Source: an uncultured Verrucomicrobiae bacterium (GTDB lineage: Bacteria; Verrucomicrobiota; Verrucomicrobiia; Limisphaerales; UBA11358). From it: a stretch of DNA of 64,000 nt. Position numbers and translations under genes: made by a program. Positions 37,126 through 46,741 of the stretch are shown here, piece after piece. The DNA lies in assembly GCA_963842445.1 (NCBI GenBank), contig CAWJHF010000002.1, positions 173,858 through 237,857 of the forward strand. Direction: 5' to 3'. Below the pieces are notes generated by a model, which worked only from the letters and a program-made list of their open reading frames with translations, searched no databases and was not told where the DNA came from. Every line of letters begins with the position of its first letter. The first letter of the stretch is position 1.

Positions 37126-37503
37126 CTATAGCTCGTTCAAACAGCGACGCCTGGTTTTAAAATAGGCGTTGATTTCTTCCGCTGCCTGGCGATTTGCAAA
37201 TTCTGCGGCACGCTCGCCGTTTCTTCCGGGTGGAAATGCCCCTCGTTGCCCGACCACTGTCATGCCGCCATCTGACTCTGCAAGCATAAGTTTGATACCA
37301 ACCACAAGGCGCGTGCTGGTGGATCGAGGCAATTTTGCAGTCCGCCCCCGGCATGGTGCCAACACTTTGCTCAGCAGCCGGTGCGGGTAAGGTGTGGTTC
37401 GCACTCGGCCATGGAACCAGCGGGCGAACAGATTGTCCTCCGGGTTGGCGTGACTGACGGACACCATATTTCGGTTCGATGACAAATTGATCATTGCTGG
37501 CAT
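37126..37503 (-). CDS. hypothetical protein (125 aa)
   Basis: An ATG at 37503 avoids overlap with the upstream gene's stop at 37509. No motif recognised. Confidence 0.3.
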   Translation of the reverse strand: MPAMINLSSNRNMVSVSHANPEDNLFARWFHGRVRTTPYPHRLLSKVLAPCRGRTAKLPRSTSTRLVVGIKLMLAESDGGMTVVGQRGAFPPGRNGERAAEFANRQAAEEINAYFKTRRRCLNEL

Positions 37504-37508
37504 TATCG

Positions 37509-39479
37509 CTACTGGGTCTTTTCGCCGTTCTGGAACATCTCCAGCGCGATCAGGAACGGCTCGTGCAGGTCCATCCTCAGATCGTGCTCCGGCGCGATGC
37601 GCTTGAAACCCGCGAACATCAGGCACATCAGGTTCAGCCCGCTGAACTTTTCGCCGGGAAGGGATTTGAGCGTGTATTTCTGATCCGGCGAGGCATAGTC
37701 GAGGCCGTTGCGACCGACCAGCCCGATCTCCAGGGCGATCTCACGAATCTTTTCCACCGGCAGCTTGTCGTAGCGTTGCAGCGCATCCAGCAGGAAATAC
37801 ACGGCGGGCGTATGCTTCCGCTTCAGCAATTCAGGATTCGTCGAACCTTCCTTGCGGGGCGGCTCGGTCACGGTGTGTGTGCCTGGATCAATCTTCCATT
37901 CATACCAGCCCCGCAAGCCGACCATGTCGGCAAACTCGTCCACCAGGTCGTATTCATCGCCGGGACCAAGCTGCGGAAAGCGACTCCGCCAATGCTGGAA
38001 CAGGCGCTGTGAAAGCGGGAACGCATCCGACCGCTGATAGTGGGCGGCATAGTTGCAGGCTCCCCGATAAAGGTTGTCCAGGAACAGGCAGTACGCTCCG
38101 TTCAAGGCCAGACCCGCCCGCAGAATCAGCTTGGGGGTTACCTCCAGCACTTTGGGGTTCATATTCGATTCCAAGGCGTCCTGAACACCCATCCGCAATG
38201 CCACAAACTGCATTGCCGCCAGCACAGGCATCCGCTCCCGCAGCCGGGTTTCGATCAGCATGTCGAGCGGGCAGTTAAACAGGAAGCCTGCCAATCCCCG
38301 GATAAGTGCCGTTATCAATCCTTGGGAGGCATCAGCCGGAAATCCTTTGCGCTGCAAATTTCGGATGTCGTTTTCCAGACGCTGAAGGGCGCTCTGTTCT
38401 GTCTTGTCGGTCGTGACGAGGAACCGGTTCTTGCCCGCTTGCCGGGCCTCGGCCTCCAATTGCAGGTGGGTCAGCTCGTGCGCCGTCTGGTGTGTCCGCA
38501 AGTCTTCCGGCAAGCCAGTTCGGAACGTGATCAGGTGATGGTCCCGTCCATGCTTCCATGCCATCTGGATCGTGGCGCTCGTCTTGTCCTTGAACTCGCC
38601 CTCCGTCACCCGCACCGGATAACCGGTCAACCGCTCCAGTTCCGCCCGAAAGTTCTCGACGGCCTTGAACGCCTCCGACTGCTGCTGTTTCACCAGTTCG
38701 TCCTGAACTGCGCCGTAGAGCGTGCGGGCCTGATCGAAGACGTGTTTGGACCGGGCGTCCTGCATCCGGGCGTTGGCGAAAAGCCGGTCGAGTGAACGGG
38801 CGGCCAAAGGAAGCTGGCCGGTGCGCTGGAACGTGACGCCCAGTCCGTAGTAGGGGTTGGGCAGATCAGGGTTGGACGAGATCGCCTGCTCGAACAGTTT
38901 CACTGCCTCCTCGGTCTGGCCACGTTGGGCGGTCATGGCGGCGAGGCCGTTGAGCGCCCACGAATCGTCCGGTGCAATCTCCAGGGCGCGGCGCAGGAAT
39001 TTTTCGGCGGTTGCCCAGTCTTTTTCGCTTTTGGCGTAGAGATTGCCCAGGACAACCCAACCCCAGGGATCGCCCGGATTCAGCCGGAGAACCTCGATGA
39101 GATGATTCTTGGCACCCTCAATGTCACCTGTTTCCATGCAGGACATCGCCAGGTCACGGCGGGCCTTGTGAAAAGATGGGTTCAGTTCGAGCACCCGCTT
39201 CCAGAGCGAGATCGCCTTGTCGTAGCTGCCTTCGGCGGCTCGCTTGGCCGCCCGCTCGGCCAGGCGTTCAGCTTCGTGTTGAGCGCCCGGCGATTCCTCG
39301 GAAAACGAGATGGTCACGGTGTGTTCACCGAACTCGATCTGAAGCGACTGGCGCAGGAACTGAAACTGGCGGCGGACCATCGCTTCAACGATAGCGTTGT
39401 CGGGGCGCTGCGCCGGAACTGGCTGGCCCTCGAACTCGAACAGATCATTGATTTGAAGTGTGACTGACTTCACCTGCAT
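37509..39479 (-). CDS. TPR-repeat protein with a C-terminal HExxH-containing domain
   Basis: TPR-like repeats (AISLWKRVLELNP, AKNHLIEVLRLNP, AEKFLRRALEIAP, AVKLFEQAISSNP) followed by HQTAHELTHLQLE. ATG at 39479; the track start is 39521. Confidence 0.7.
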   Translation of the reverse strand: MQVKSVTLQINDLFEFEGQPVPAQRPDNAIVEAMVRRQFQFLRQSLQIEFGEHTVTISFSEESPGAQHEAERLAERAAKRAAEGSYDKAISLWKRVLELNPSFHKARRDLAMSCMETGDIEGAKNHLIEVLRLNPGDPWGWVVLGNLYAKSEKDWATAEKFLRRALEIAPDDSWALNGLAAMTAQRGQTEEAVKLFEQAISSNPDLPNPYYGLGVTFQRTGQLPLAARSLDRLFANARMQDARSKHVFDQARTLYGAVQDELVKQQQSEAFKAVENFRAELERLTGYPVRVTEGEFKDKTSATIQMAWKHGRDHHLITFRTGLPEDLRTHQTAHELTHLQLEAEARQAGKNRFLVTTDKTEQSALQRLENDIRNLQRKGFPADASQGLITALIRGLAGFLFNCPLDMLIETRLRERMPVLAAMQFVALRMGVQDALESNMNPKVLEVTPKLILRAGLALNGAYCLFLDNLYRGACNYAAHYQRSDAFPLSQRLFQHWRSRFPQLGPGDEYDLVDEFADMVGLRGWYEWKIDPGTHTVTEPPRKEGSTNPELLKRKHTPAVYFLLDALQRYDKLPVEKIREIALEIGLVGRNGLDYASPDQKYTLKSLPGEKFSGLNLMCLMFAGFKRIAPEHDLRMDLHEPFLIALEMFQNGEKTQ

Positions 39480-39573
39480 AGGATTATGCCCGATCACCGC
39501 ATCTGCGGCGAACCAAAACAACGGTTTGAACCGAGTCGCCGAAACGAAGCCTGCGCGTTACAATCAGGAAGGC

Positions 39574-40080
39574 ATGGCCAGCGACATCATCTTCTACCAG
39601 TTTTCCCGCCCGAAGGTGGAGCGGTGCGACTTCAGCGATTTCCTGGGCCTGTATGCGCCGGACCAACTGCCCACCGGCACTCGGCTGCGGGAAAAGATGG
39701 ACAGGATGATCTTTGTCATTGACGGCTACAACGATGATGACCGTGAAGTTCATACCATCCCGGAGATTCGCGGGTTCTACACGGCGTTCCACCTGGCATG
39801 GCCCTACTGGCTCTACTATTGCAATCTGGACACCGAAGCGCTGAAGATGATAGTGATGTGCTGCCTGCCTTCGATTGCGGCTATGAAGATGGATGGCAAG
39901 CCGAATGTTGCGGTGAAATACGACCCGCTCGAACTGCTTCGCTTCGTCAGCCAGGACTTTGGTCCGATGAACGTAATGTGTGAGCAGGCAGAAATGTCTG
40001 AACGGATGATCTACGACCGAAGCAAGGCCGTGTTCGAGTATTTCGGGATGCCGTTCAACGCCGAACCGCCGCTTGAATGA
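39574..40080 (+). CDS. conserved hypothetical protein, paralogue B of 5539..6084
   Basis: The ATG at 39574 is preceded by caggaagg. See paralogue A for the shared blocks. Confidence 0.6.
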   Translation: MASDIIFYQFSRPKVERCDFSDFLGLYAPDQLPTGTRLREKMDRMIFVIDGYNDDDREVHTIPEIRGFYTAFHLAWPYWLYYCNLDTEALKMIVMCCLPSIAAMKMDGKPNVAVKYDPLELLRFVSQDFGPMNVMCEQAEMSERMIYDRSKAVFEYFGMPFNAEPPLE

Positions 40081-40093
40081 TCATTTCCATGTT

Positions 40094-40618
40094 ATGACTG
40101 AGCAAGAATTTCACAAAATGTATCCGCTCATCATCGAGTGGATTCGCAACACGCTGGCGCAACATGCACCGGCTGCACGATCTGTGGCCTCACTGGGATT
40201 CAAACGCCTGCCGCATTACTACCATCAGGACACTCTGTCTGCTGCAAGGGTGGTTGTTGTGCCCAAGGTGCCGGTGCCGCCGCTGTCAGCAATGGGCCTG
40301 GAGCGATTTAGCAGCTTTGAGAAGATGGACGCTGGTGGCATCACCTACCTCGACACATATTTCGTGCGTGCCGACCAAAGCCACATCGAGTCGCTTCATT
40401 TTCACGAACTGGTTCACATCATCCAGTGGAGGCTGCTTGGTCCTGAAACGTTCCTGGCTCTTTATGCTGACGGTTTGGAACGCTTCGGCTACCGGAACAG
40501 TCCGCTGGAAAAGATGGCCTACGACTTGCAGGAGCGGTTTGGGCATGAAGCGCAGCCATTCAACGTAGAGACCGTTTGCGAGCCATTGATCCGGGAGATG
40601 AGGAACACACGCGGATGA
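40094..40618 (+). CDS. hypothetical HExxH-motif protein (putative zincin-like)
   Basis: SLHFHELVHIIQW. ATG at 40094 lies 13 nt after the paralogue B stop; an alternative TTG is at 40073. Confidence 0.45.
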   Translation: MTEQEFHKMYPLIIEWIRNTLAQHAPAARSVASLGFKRLPHYYHQDTLSAARVVVVPKVPVPPLSAMGLERFSSFEKMDAGGITYLDTYFVRADQSHIESLHFHELVHIIQWRLLGPETFLALYADGLERFGYRNSPLEKMAYDLQERFGHEAQPFNVETVCEPLIREMRNTRG

Positions 40619-40671
40619 GCTGGATTCAAAACCGCACCGCCCGTAAGACAGTACGGCAGCAGGCTATCGCA

Positions 40672-41424
40672 CTAAACCGCCACAACGTCAGCGTCGTCGC
40701 CCAAAGCGACCAGCATCAACGGCGCTTTGCCGTCGAGTTGACCAGCCTCCACACGCTGTCGGAATGCCGCCAGCTTTTCAGGCGTGGCGGTGGAGATTAG
40801 TTGGGCGGCTTGCCGGTGGTATTCTCTCGGCAGGTGTTGTGCTACCGAAATGGCAACGAAGGCGTCACGGCGCATGGTCAATTCCTGAAGCATGGCGTCT
40901 TTTGCCGGGCATTCTGGTGCTTCCTCCGACAGGCGCTTCAAAATCCTTCCATAGAGATTGACGATTGCTTCAGGGAAAGGGTCTTGGTGGACGCACAGCT
41001 CGTGGATCATGGCCAATGTCTGGTCAAGGTCTTCTTCCCACGGCAGTTCCCGTTTAAGGACCGGAAGATTGCCCTGCGGCTGGACGCTGACCCCACCACC
41101 CGGCTGATCCCCACCTGAAATGTGGGATTTCATGACGGATGTGGCAGCCTCGCCATCGCCACACAAAGTGTGGTGCTCCACGGGAAACAGCAAACGATGC
41201 CGACGAGCACGGCCCTTGCCGGTTTGCTCGATGTATCCCCGGCGGCGCAGGCGGCGCAAAAGGTTTTCGACGCCACGGCACGTGCCACCAATCAGTTTGG
41301 CCAGCCGGGCATTGGAACAGCCGGGGAATTTTACGATGTGCGCCAGAACGACTTTTTCGCCGATGGCCAACGGCAGGGCACCGATGGCCGCCGGAATTTT
41401 GATTTCAATACTGGTCGAGTCCAT
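40672..41424 (-). CDS. winged-helix (MarR-like) DNA-binding protein
   Basis: N-terminal VLAHIVKFPGCSNARLAKLIGGTCRGVENLLRRLRRRGYIEQTGKG. ATG at 41424. Confidence 0.5.
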   Translation of the reverse strand: MDSTSIEIKIPAAIGALPLAIGEKVVLAHIVKFPGCSNARLAKLIGGTCRGVENLLRRLRRRGYIEQTGKGRARRHRLLFPVEHHTLCGDGEAATSVMKSHISGGDQPGGGVSVQPQGNLPVLKRELPWEEDLDQTLAMIHELCVHQDPFPEAIVNLYGRILKRLSEEAPECPAKDAMLQELTMRRDAFVAISVAQHLPREYHRQAAQLISTATPEKLAAFRQRVEAGQLDGKAPLMLVALGDDADVVAV

Positions 41425-41992
41425 TGTGTTTACCCAATAGAACTGAATTCCCAGGCTCAGGTTGGGGGGAATCGTTGCGGTGCTGATCACCGCCTTCTGC
41501 CCGCTCCCATCGGCGCTTCAGCCAATCCAAAAGTTCGCTCAAATCCGGGTACTGGCGGATTCGCGGTTCCAGAATAGCCAGCTCGGCCCTTGATCCGGCG
41601 ACCGCTGCCTCAATTATGGCCGTTTCCTGCTGCCGGTACGGCCGTAGCCTGGCGTAAATGACTTCTTCCGCCTGCCGGAGCCGGTTCAATTGGCGGGTCT
41701 GCCTGGCTTTTTTCAAATTGCGCCGGGCTGCTGCCAACTTGCGTCGTGACCGGATGCCACGAGTGGCCCTGCCGCCGAGCATGGCCAGGCCGGAGCGCCG
41801 GTTCCACGCCCGGACCGCATCCTGATATTCGGTGTGGATCGCCGGGATGCTGGCCCCGCATGAACGGCATCTGACGCCGTAGGTCAACGGATTAAGACCC
41901 ACCCAAAATACGTGAGCTGAAGTGCCACAAAATGGGCAGCACCGGATCGAATTGATGGAATTGCTCACAAAGTTTTTCGTGCTCAGATTCAT
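41405..41992 (-). CDS. Lar-family (restriction alleviation) zinc-ribbon domain protein with a basic/coiled C-terminal extension
   Basis: CPFCG...YGVRCRSCGASIP...EYQDAVRAWNRR matches the Lar-family pattern CPFCG-x(n)-C..CG-x(n)-A..AWN.R. Confidence 0.55.
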   Translation of the reverse strand: MNLSTKNFVSNSINSIRCCPFCGTSAHVFWVGLNPLTYGVRCRSCGASIPAIHTEYQDAVRAWNRRSGLAMLGGRATRGIRSRRKLAAARRNLKKARQTRQLNRLRQAEEVIYARLRPYRQQETAIIEAAVAGSRAELAILEPRIRQYPDLSELLDWLKRRWERAEGGDQHRNDSPQPEPGNSVLLGKHNGLDQY

Positions 41993-42185
41993 GTCTTACA
42001 TACCGTGCACAGCGCCGGCGTCGTGACCCAAGCCACGGCATCGAGGCCGGAATCTGTTTCGCCGGGGGAATTCGCCGGTTTCTCGTTGTGCAAGAACGGA
42101 CAAGGATGGGGCGCGGTGATTTTTGATAGTGGCAGCGCAAAACGTACTGCCGCCGCTTGTGAGGCAGATAATTGAGGATGTTGGA

Positions 42186-42509
42186 TCAACGCAAGGCCAG
42201 ATAATTCCTGCCAACCCGCCTGATGTACCGAAAGTAAACCAGTCGAGTTATCCGTGAGAGAATTTGTTTTTTTAACTCGCGGCTTGCGGAACGATTCGGC
42301 GGGTTGAGGGCGGCGGCGACACCATTGACCATCGCCCAGGTTGTAACGGCTTCGGGCTGATCCCGCAAGAAGTTTACAATTTCACGGTCCAACGGGAATG
42401 TTGGGTCAGGTAGGTTCAGTTTGGCCGCTGGAAGAACCGGCGGCGCCGAAGGTGGTCTATAACATACGTCGATAAAGTCCATGTCATATCTACCGACGCT
42501 GCCGGACAT
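42186..42509 (-). CDS. hypothetical protein (107 aa)
   Basis: ATG-initiated ORF. No motif recognised. Confidence 0.4.
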   Translation of the reverse strand: MSGSVGRYDMDFIDVCYRPPSAPPVLPAAKLNLPDPTFPLDREIVNFLRDQPEAVTTWAMVNGVAAALNPPNRSASRELKKQILSRITRLVYFRYIRRVGRNYLALR

Positions 42510-42767
42510 TTAGCTGTGAGAGCCGGGGCGGGCAAAGGCGGCTTGGAGCGGATCAGGAAAAAGTGCTGGTGGTGTCCGGCACAAAAACATGGATCAGCGG
42601 AGAGCCGAGCTGTGACGATCCACACCGGCTGGCGGGATCGGGGTCGCCGCAAAGGCTGAATCTGATGACACGAGCCATTTATTTTGTGGTGCTTTGGTGA
42701 TGCCGCAACCATACACAGTTGTCCGTGTAAACACCGGCAGATCAGAAAGCAAAAAGATATTCCGCGA

Positions 42768-43247
42768 CTATTCGGTTCCACCGTGCTGGCGAAGAAGCTC
42801 CGCGACGGCAGTTTGGTGCCACAATTCGGCCCGTTTGAGCGGCGTGCGGCCCTGATCATCGCGTGCATTTACCTTTGCCCCTTTTGCCAACAGCAACTCA
42901 ACGGCCCCCGCACATCCCTCCTGCGCCGCCAGATGCAGCGGCGTGGCGTCGTCCTTTGCCTCGCAATTTACCTTCGCGCCCTTGTCCAGCAACAGCATCA
43001 CCACGTTCGTATGGCAATGGAGCACTGCCAAATGTAAAGGAGTCAGCCCTGCATCGTCAGGCAAATTGAGGTCGCTTGGATTTTTGGATAACTCTTGGTC
43101 CACGTGGACAGCATCCCCGGCCTTGGCGTATTCGTGGATGGGCCGATATGCGCTGTGCTGGTGGAACAAGATGCACCCTCCACAAACCAGGGCCAGCGCC
43201 ACAGCCAAGGTTGCGGTCCATACGGATGTCTGGAGTTTGGTTTTCAT
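42768..43247 (-). CDS. secreted ankyrin-repeat protein
   Basis: N-terminal signal-like helix, then GLTPLHLAVLHCHTNVVMLLLDKGAKVN, DATPLHLAAQEGCAGAVELLLAKGAKVN and GRTPLKRA. Confidence 0.85.
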   Translation of the reverse strand: MKTKLQTSVWTATLAVALALVCGGCILFHQHSAYRPIHEYAKAGDAVHVDQELSKNPSDLNLPDDAGLTPLHLAVLHCHTNVVMLLLDKGAKVNCEAKDDATPLHLAAQEGCAGAVELLLAKGAKVNARDDQGRTPLKRAELWHQTAVAELLRQHGGTE

Positions 43248-44620
43248 GGCTGGCTGGTCGGGTTAGCTGGTGTGGCGTTCATTTGTTGGAACAGCGGGCC
43301 GAACTTCTTATGATCCGGGCCAGCACCCTGCCGCTTCATCTCCTTTACTGAATCGCGGAAAGCCTGCTGCAATGGGGTCTTGGGCGGCGGAACAGTTACC
43401 GCCGGTGCCGGTTGCCGGGGCGTCAGGTACTCGTTGAGCGCGGGCGCAGCAGGCGGGTCGGAGATCGCGGTGTCGAAATCGAGCGCGTCGGCGACACTTT
43501 TCACTGGCCGGGCATCAACGGCGGGTGAATACGATCCGGCGGGATCAAACTTCTGGCCGAGCATTTTGAGGATCGAGGTATGGTCAAACACCAGATGGCT
43601 GACCGCGCCCCGCACAACAAACGGCGAAATGATATAAGCCGGAACCCGCACACCGAGGGAATCGAACTGCGGATACAGACCGGCCTGGGGCGGCGCGGTC
43701 GGAATGAGCGGGGGTGAAACGTGGTCGAAGAACCCGCCGTGTTCATCATAGCTGACAAACAGGAGAGCCTTGCTCCAAAACGCGGGACTGGCGGTGACCG
43801 CGTTGTACACCTGCATGAGGAACTCCTGCCCGTCACTGATACCTGCCGGAGCATGGTCGTCAGTGCTTGGGCCGACATGCGGCGCGTCGCCAAAGGTCGG
43901 CTCGACGAAGATCACCTGCGGCAGTTCATCCGGCGGTGTGTTGACGAGGTCGCTTTCCAGGTCGGAAAATGAGCGGAACCGCTCGTTGCCCAGAATCTCA
44001 GGCACCCACTTCAACATCATCGTGAAAAAGGGGATGCCCTGATGGTAAACGCGCCAGGTGACCTTGCGGGCGTCGAGCCAGTCATAAACGAGTTCCTGCT
44101 CCGGCAGCGGGGTCTGGTTCTGCTGGATCATGGACAGGCCGCTCATCGCCATGAGGCGGTTGGGCTGAGTGCTCGCAGGCAGGGAACAAAACCAGCGGTC
44201 GCAAATGGTGAAATTCCTGGCGAAAAAGTCATTGATGGGAGCTTGTTGCGCACCGCAGTAGGACATCACCAAACGCCGAACGGCGGGGTCTGCCGATACA
44301 TTGTCGGGAATGGCGCACGGAAAACCGTTCATCGGATACTGCCCGTTCTGGAGTTTGCCCAAGTGCTGCGCGATGTCCTGTCGCTCATGGGGAGGGTCAA
44401 ATTCGTTGGGCAGGGAGTATGGATTGGTGGACAGAAAGGGTTGCAACGACTGGCCCTTGTCGGCGTTCGCGTAGCGGGCCAGCCACGCCGGGTCAGTGCT
44501 CTGCCCATCAACATCCGCCCGGTTGAAGGGCGGCAGGCTCAAGTAACCAAGCATGTGGTCGAAGGAACGGTTCTCCATCATGACCACAACGATGGTTTGG
44601 ATTTGATCGAGGTTTGCCAT
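43244..44620 (-). CDS. phosphoesterase-family protein (phospholipase C / AcpA acid phosphatase type)
   Basis: N-terminal IVVVMMENRSFDHMLGYL signature. ATGA overlap with the ankyrin gene. Confidence 0.8.
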   Translation of the reverse strand: MANLDQIQTIVVVMMENRSFDHMLGYLSLPPFNRADVDGQSTDPAWLARYANADKGQSLQPFLSTNPYSLPNEFDPPHERQDIAQHLGKLQNGQYPMNGFPCAIPDNVSADPAVRRLVMSYCGAQQAPINDFFARNFTICDRWFCSLPASTQPNRLMAMSGLSMIQQNQTPLPEQELVYDWLDARKVTWRVYHQGIPFFTMMLKWVPEILGNERFRSFSDLESDLVNTPPDELPQVIFVEPTFGDAPHVGPSTDDHAPAGISDGQEFLMQVYNAVTASPAFWSKALLFVSYDEHGGFFDHVSPPLIPTAPPQAGLYPQFDSLGVRVPAYIISPFVVRGAVSHLVFDHTSILKMLGQKFDPAGSYSPAVDARPVKSVADALDFDTAISDPPAAPALNEYLTPRQPAPAVTVPPPKTPLQQAFRDSVKEMKRQGAGPDHKKFGPLFQQMNATPANPTSQP

Positions 44621-44696
44621 ACAGGGTTTCAGCTTTTCGTTACTTCCGAGGAATGCGGCTCGTTGATCATGAAGCTCAGGCAGGTGATGGAAGGTA

Positions 44697-45047
44697 TCAT
44701 ACCATCGCAGCAGCCTGGGCCGCCTCTTTGAGCAAGGAGTCTATAGATTGTGCCAGTTGTCCAGCACCGTTGACGACGCCAATGGCCTGAGTGATGTCCT
44801 GTTGCGCCTGGTTTAACGCTTGCGTCACGCTGTTCAGATTCGCCATGACGCCCTGATACGCGGCAGTGTTTTGAGAGAATTGTCTGGCTACGAGGGTGAC
44901 GAGGTCGCCACGCAGGTCGTGCGCCTGGAGCAGAAGGGCCTGCCGTTGGTCGGCGGGAACCTGGCTGTTGCCTGCCATGTCGTAAAGCTGGCTCACGATG
45001 GAGGCCAGTTGTCCGGCTGGATTGGTCAATGTAGGGGCTGTTGGCAT
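44697..45047 (-). CDS. hypothetical helical protein (116 aa)
   Basis: Q/A-rich helical sequence, 12 nt downstream of 45060..46016. Confidence 0.45.
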   Translation of the reverse strand: MPTAPTLTNPAGQLASIVSQLYDMAGNSQVPADQRQALLLQAHDLRGDLVTLVARQFSQNTAAYQGVMANLNSVTQALNQAQQDITQAIGVVNGAGQLAQSIDSLLKEAAQAAAMV

Positions 45048-45059
45048 AGGTTCTTTCGG

Positions 45060-46016
45060 TTATTTTGAAGTTTTGTCGGCTGATTGGACCGAAGCGATGG
45101 CGTCTCCAAAAAGTTTTACATGCGCAGTGAACACATCAATTTGCGCCGCCAGGTCGGACAGGTCCTTCGGCCCCTTGCTCGATTTGGCAAACGATACCAG
45201 GGCCGCCTGCGCACTTTCCATGTCCGAAAGCAGCGAGTCAACCTGGAGGGCGCGGAGCGTTTGGATTCGGTTGTTCTGCTGCACGAAGTCGTCAATCAGG
45301 GCGATCAAACCCTTTGGGTCGGTTTTGCTCCGCGCATCATTGTATAGCTTCACCATTCCCGTTTGCATCGCGGCGTACGATGAATTATCAAGCAGTGTCA
45401 GTGCTCTCAAATCAGCCCTGAGCAGCTCAATGAGCTGGCCCACCGGTTTGTCGCCGTTGAGGATGGCCGTCTCGATGGCGGCTTTCTGCTTTTGTTCGAT
45501 AACGAGGGTGCCGACCAGCGTTACCAGCGACGATACGGGACCGCTCAAATCCAGGGTTGCCGCCTGTTTTGCCACAGCGCCTTGGCCGGAGGTTGTTGCT
45601 CGCTTGGTCGCCAGACCTTGAATCGTGGTATTGAGTCCATTGACATCATCGCCCAATGCCTTGGCGGCCTGTCCAAGCTGGTCGGCATCCTTCGCATTGG
45701 CGACCGCCCCAAGCGCGTTGGCGTAACTGGCAATCGTGGAAAGCGCCTGGAGCCGGACCTGTATTTCCTCCGAGGGAATGCCCGCGTGCAAGTCTTCGGT
45801 TCCCCAGGGCTTGTCCATGCCCACTTTGTCGTACAAGTTGGCCTCGGCAATCAGATTGTTCACCCCAAGCAGGTAGGGCCGGATCGAATCGTTTGCGGCG
45901 TTGACGGCGGTTTGAAAATTCGAGACCGGACTCTGATAAACAGAAACGGTGGTGCAGCCGCAAAACCACAGACCGAAAAACATCATCAGCGCCAGGCTTG
46001 GCAATTTTCTAAGCAT
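45060..46016 (-). CDS. putative lipoprotein, helical
   Basis: Signal peptide with a lipobox-like LWFCGC. Confidence 0.55.
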   Translation of the reverse strand: MLRKLPSLALMMFFGLWFCGCTTVSVYQSPVSNFQTAVNAANDSIRPYLLGVNNLIAEANLYDKVGMDKPWGTEDLHAGIPSEEIQVRLQALSTIASYANALGAVANAKDADQLGQAAKALGDDVNGLNTTIQGLATKRATTSGQGAVAKQAATLDLSGPVSSLVTLVGTLVIEQKQKAAIETAILNGDKPVGQLIELLRADLRALTLLDNSSYAAMQTGMVKLYNDARSKTDPKGLIALIDDFVQQNNRIQTLRALQVDSLLSDMESAQAALVSFAKSSKGPKDLSDLAAQIDVFTAHVKLFGDAIASVQSADKTSK

Positions 46017-46401
46017 AGGATTTTATCTCCTTTTGTGTTTCATCCCTTGCAATTGAACGACCTATGGCCAGAGGCCCTTTGCATCCATTTTAATTTGCGG
46101 AAGATTGGCAAATTTGGCCGGTTGAACGACAGTTCGCTCCCTGCGACAGCCGAAGCGCATCCAGCGTTCGCCCAAGTTTGTTGACCGGTTAGATTCATTC
46201 ATTGCCCCCATTGCGTCCACGATCACTACCCCATGGAAAACCAGCTTTCCATCTTTGGTCAGGATGGGGAAATGCTGCGCTCGTGCCGAAATCACGGCAA
46301 GCACTATTTTCCTGAGCGTTTCCAACCCCAGAGGGACTAGCCGCGCACTGTCCTGGTGAACGGATGGCCGTGGACCGGCTTTGGATGGTTAGCCCGCTGC
46401 T

Positions 46402-46608
46402 TCACGCGCAGGAAATTCCAGCGTTCGGACTAAGTTCACCACCGTAGGCGATTCTACACATTTCCCATTCGATGGCCTTTTCGAGTGTATCTTGGAGGAC
46501 TCTTTCGCAGTAGCGCCCCACCGTCAAGCCATAGACTTTTGCTTGTTCGCACAGGTTAAACTTGGCTGCTTCTTTCAGACAGTCGAATTGTTGCTTCGTG
46601 ACTTTCAT
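46402..46608 (-). CDS. hypothetical small protein (68 aa)
   Basis: ATG-initiated ORF only. Confidence 0.3.
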   Translation of the reverse strand: MKVTKQQFDCLKEAAKFNLCEQAKVYGLTVGRYCERVLQDTLEKAIEWEMCRIAYGGELSPNAGISCA

Positions 46609-46741
46609 GTCTTCGCTTTATCTTAACCCCTTACGGTTAGGTCGCAACGAGAAAGAAAAAATAGGCGATTTCAAATTCACTCACTACCGACCAATCCATG
46701 GGCTTGACTTCACGGGAATGCAGAGTTTCACTGGCACAACT

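Noticed and set aside
46062-46325. 87-aa minus-strand ORF between the lipoprotein gene and 46402..46608.
   Set aside because: There are no motifs and no convincing start context, so I could not support it as a gene.
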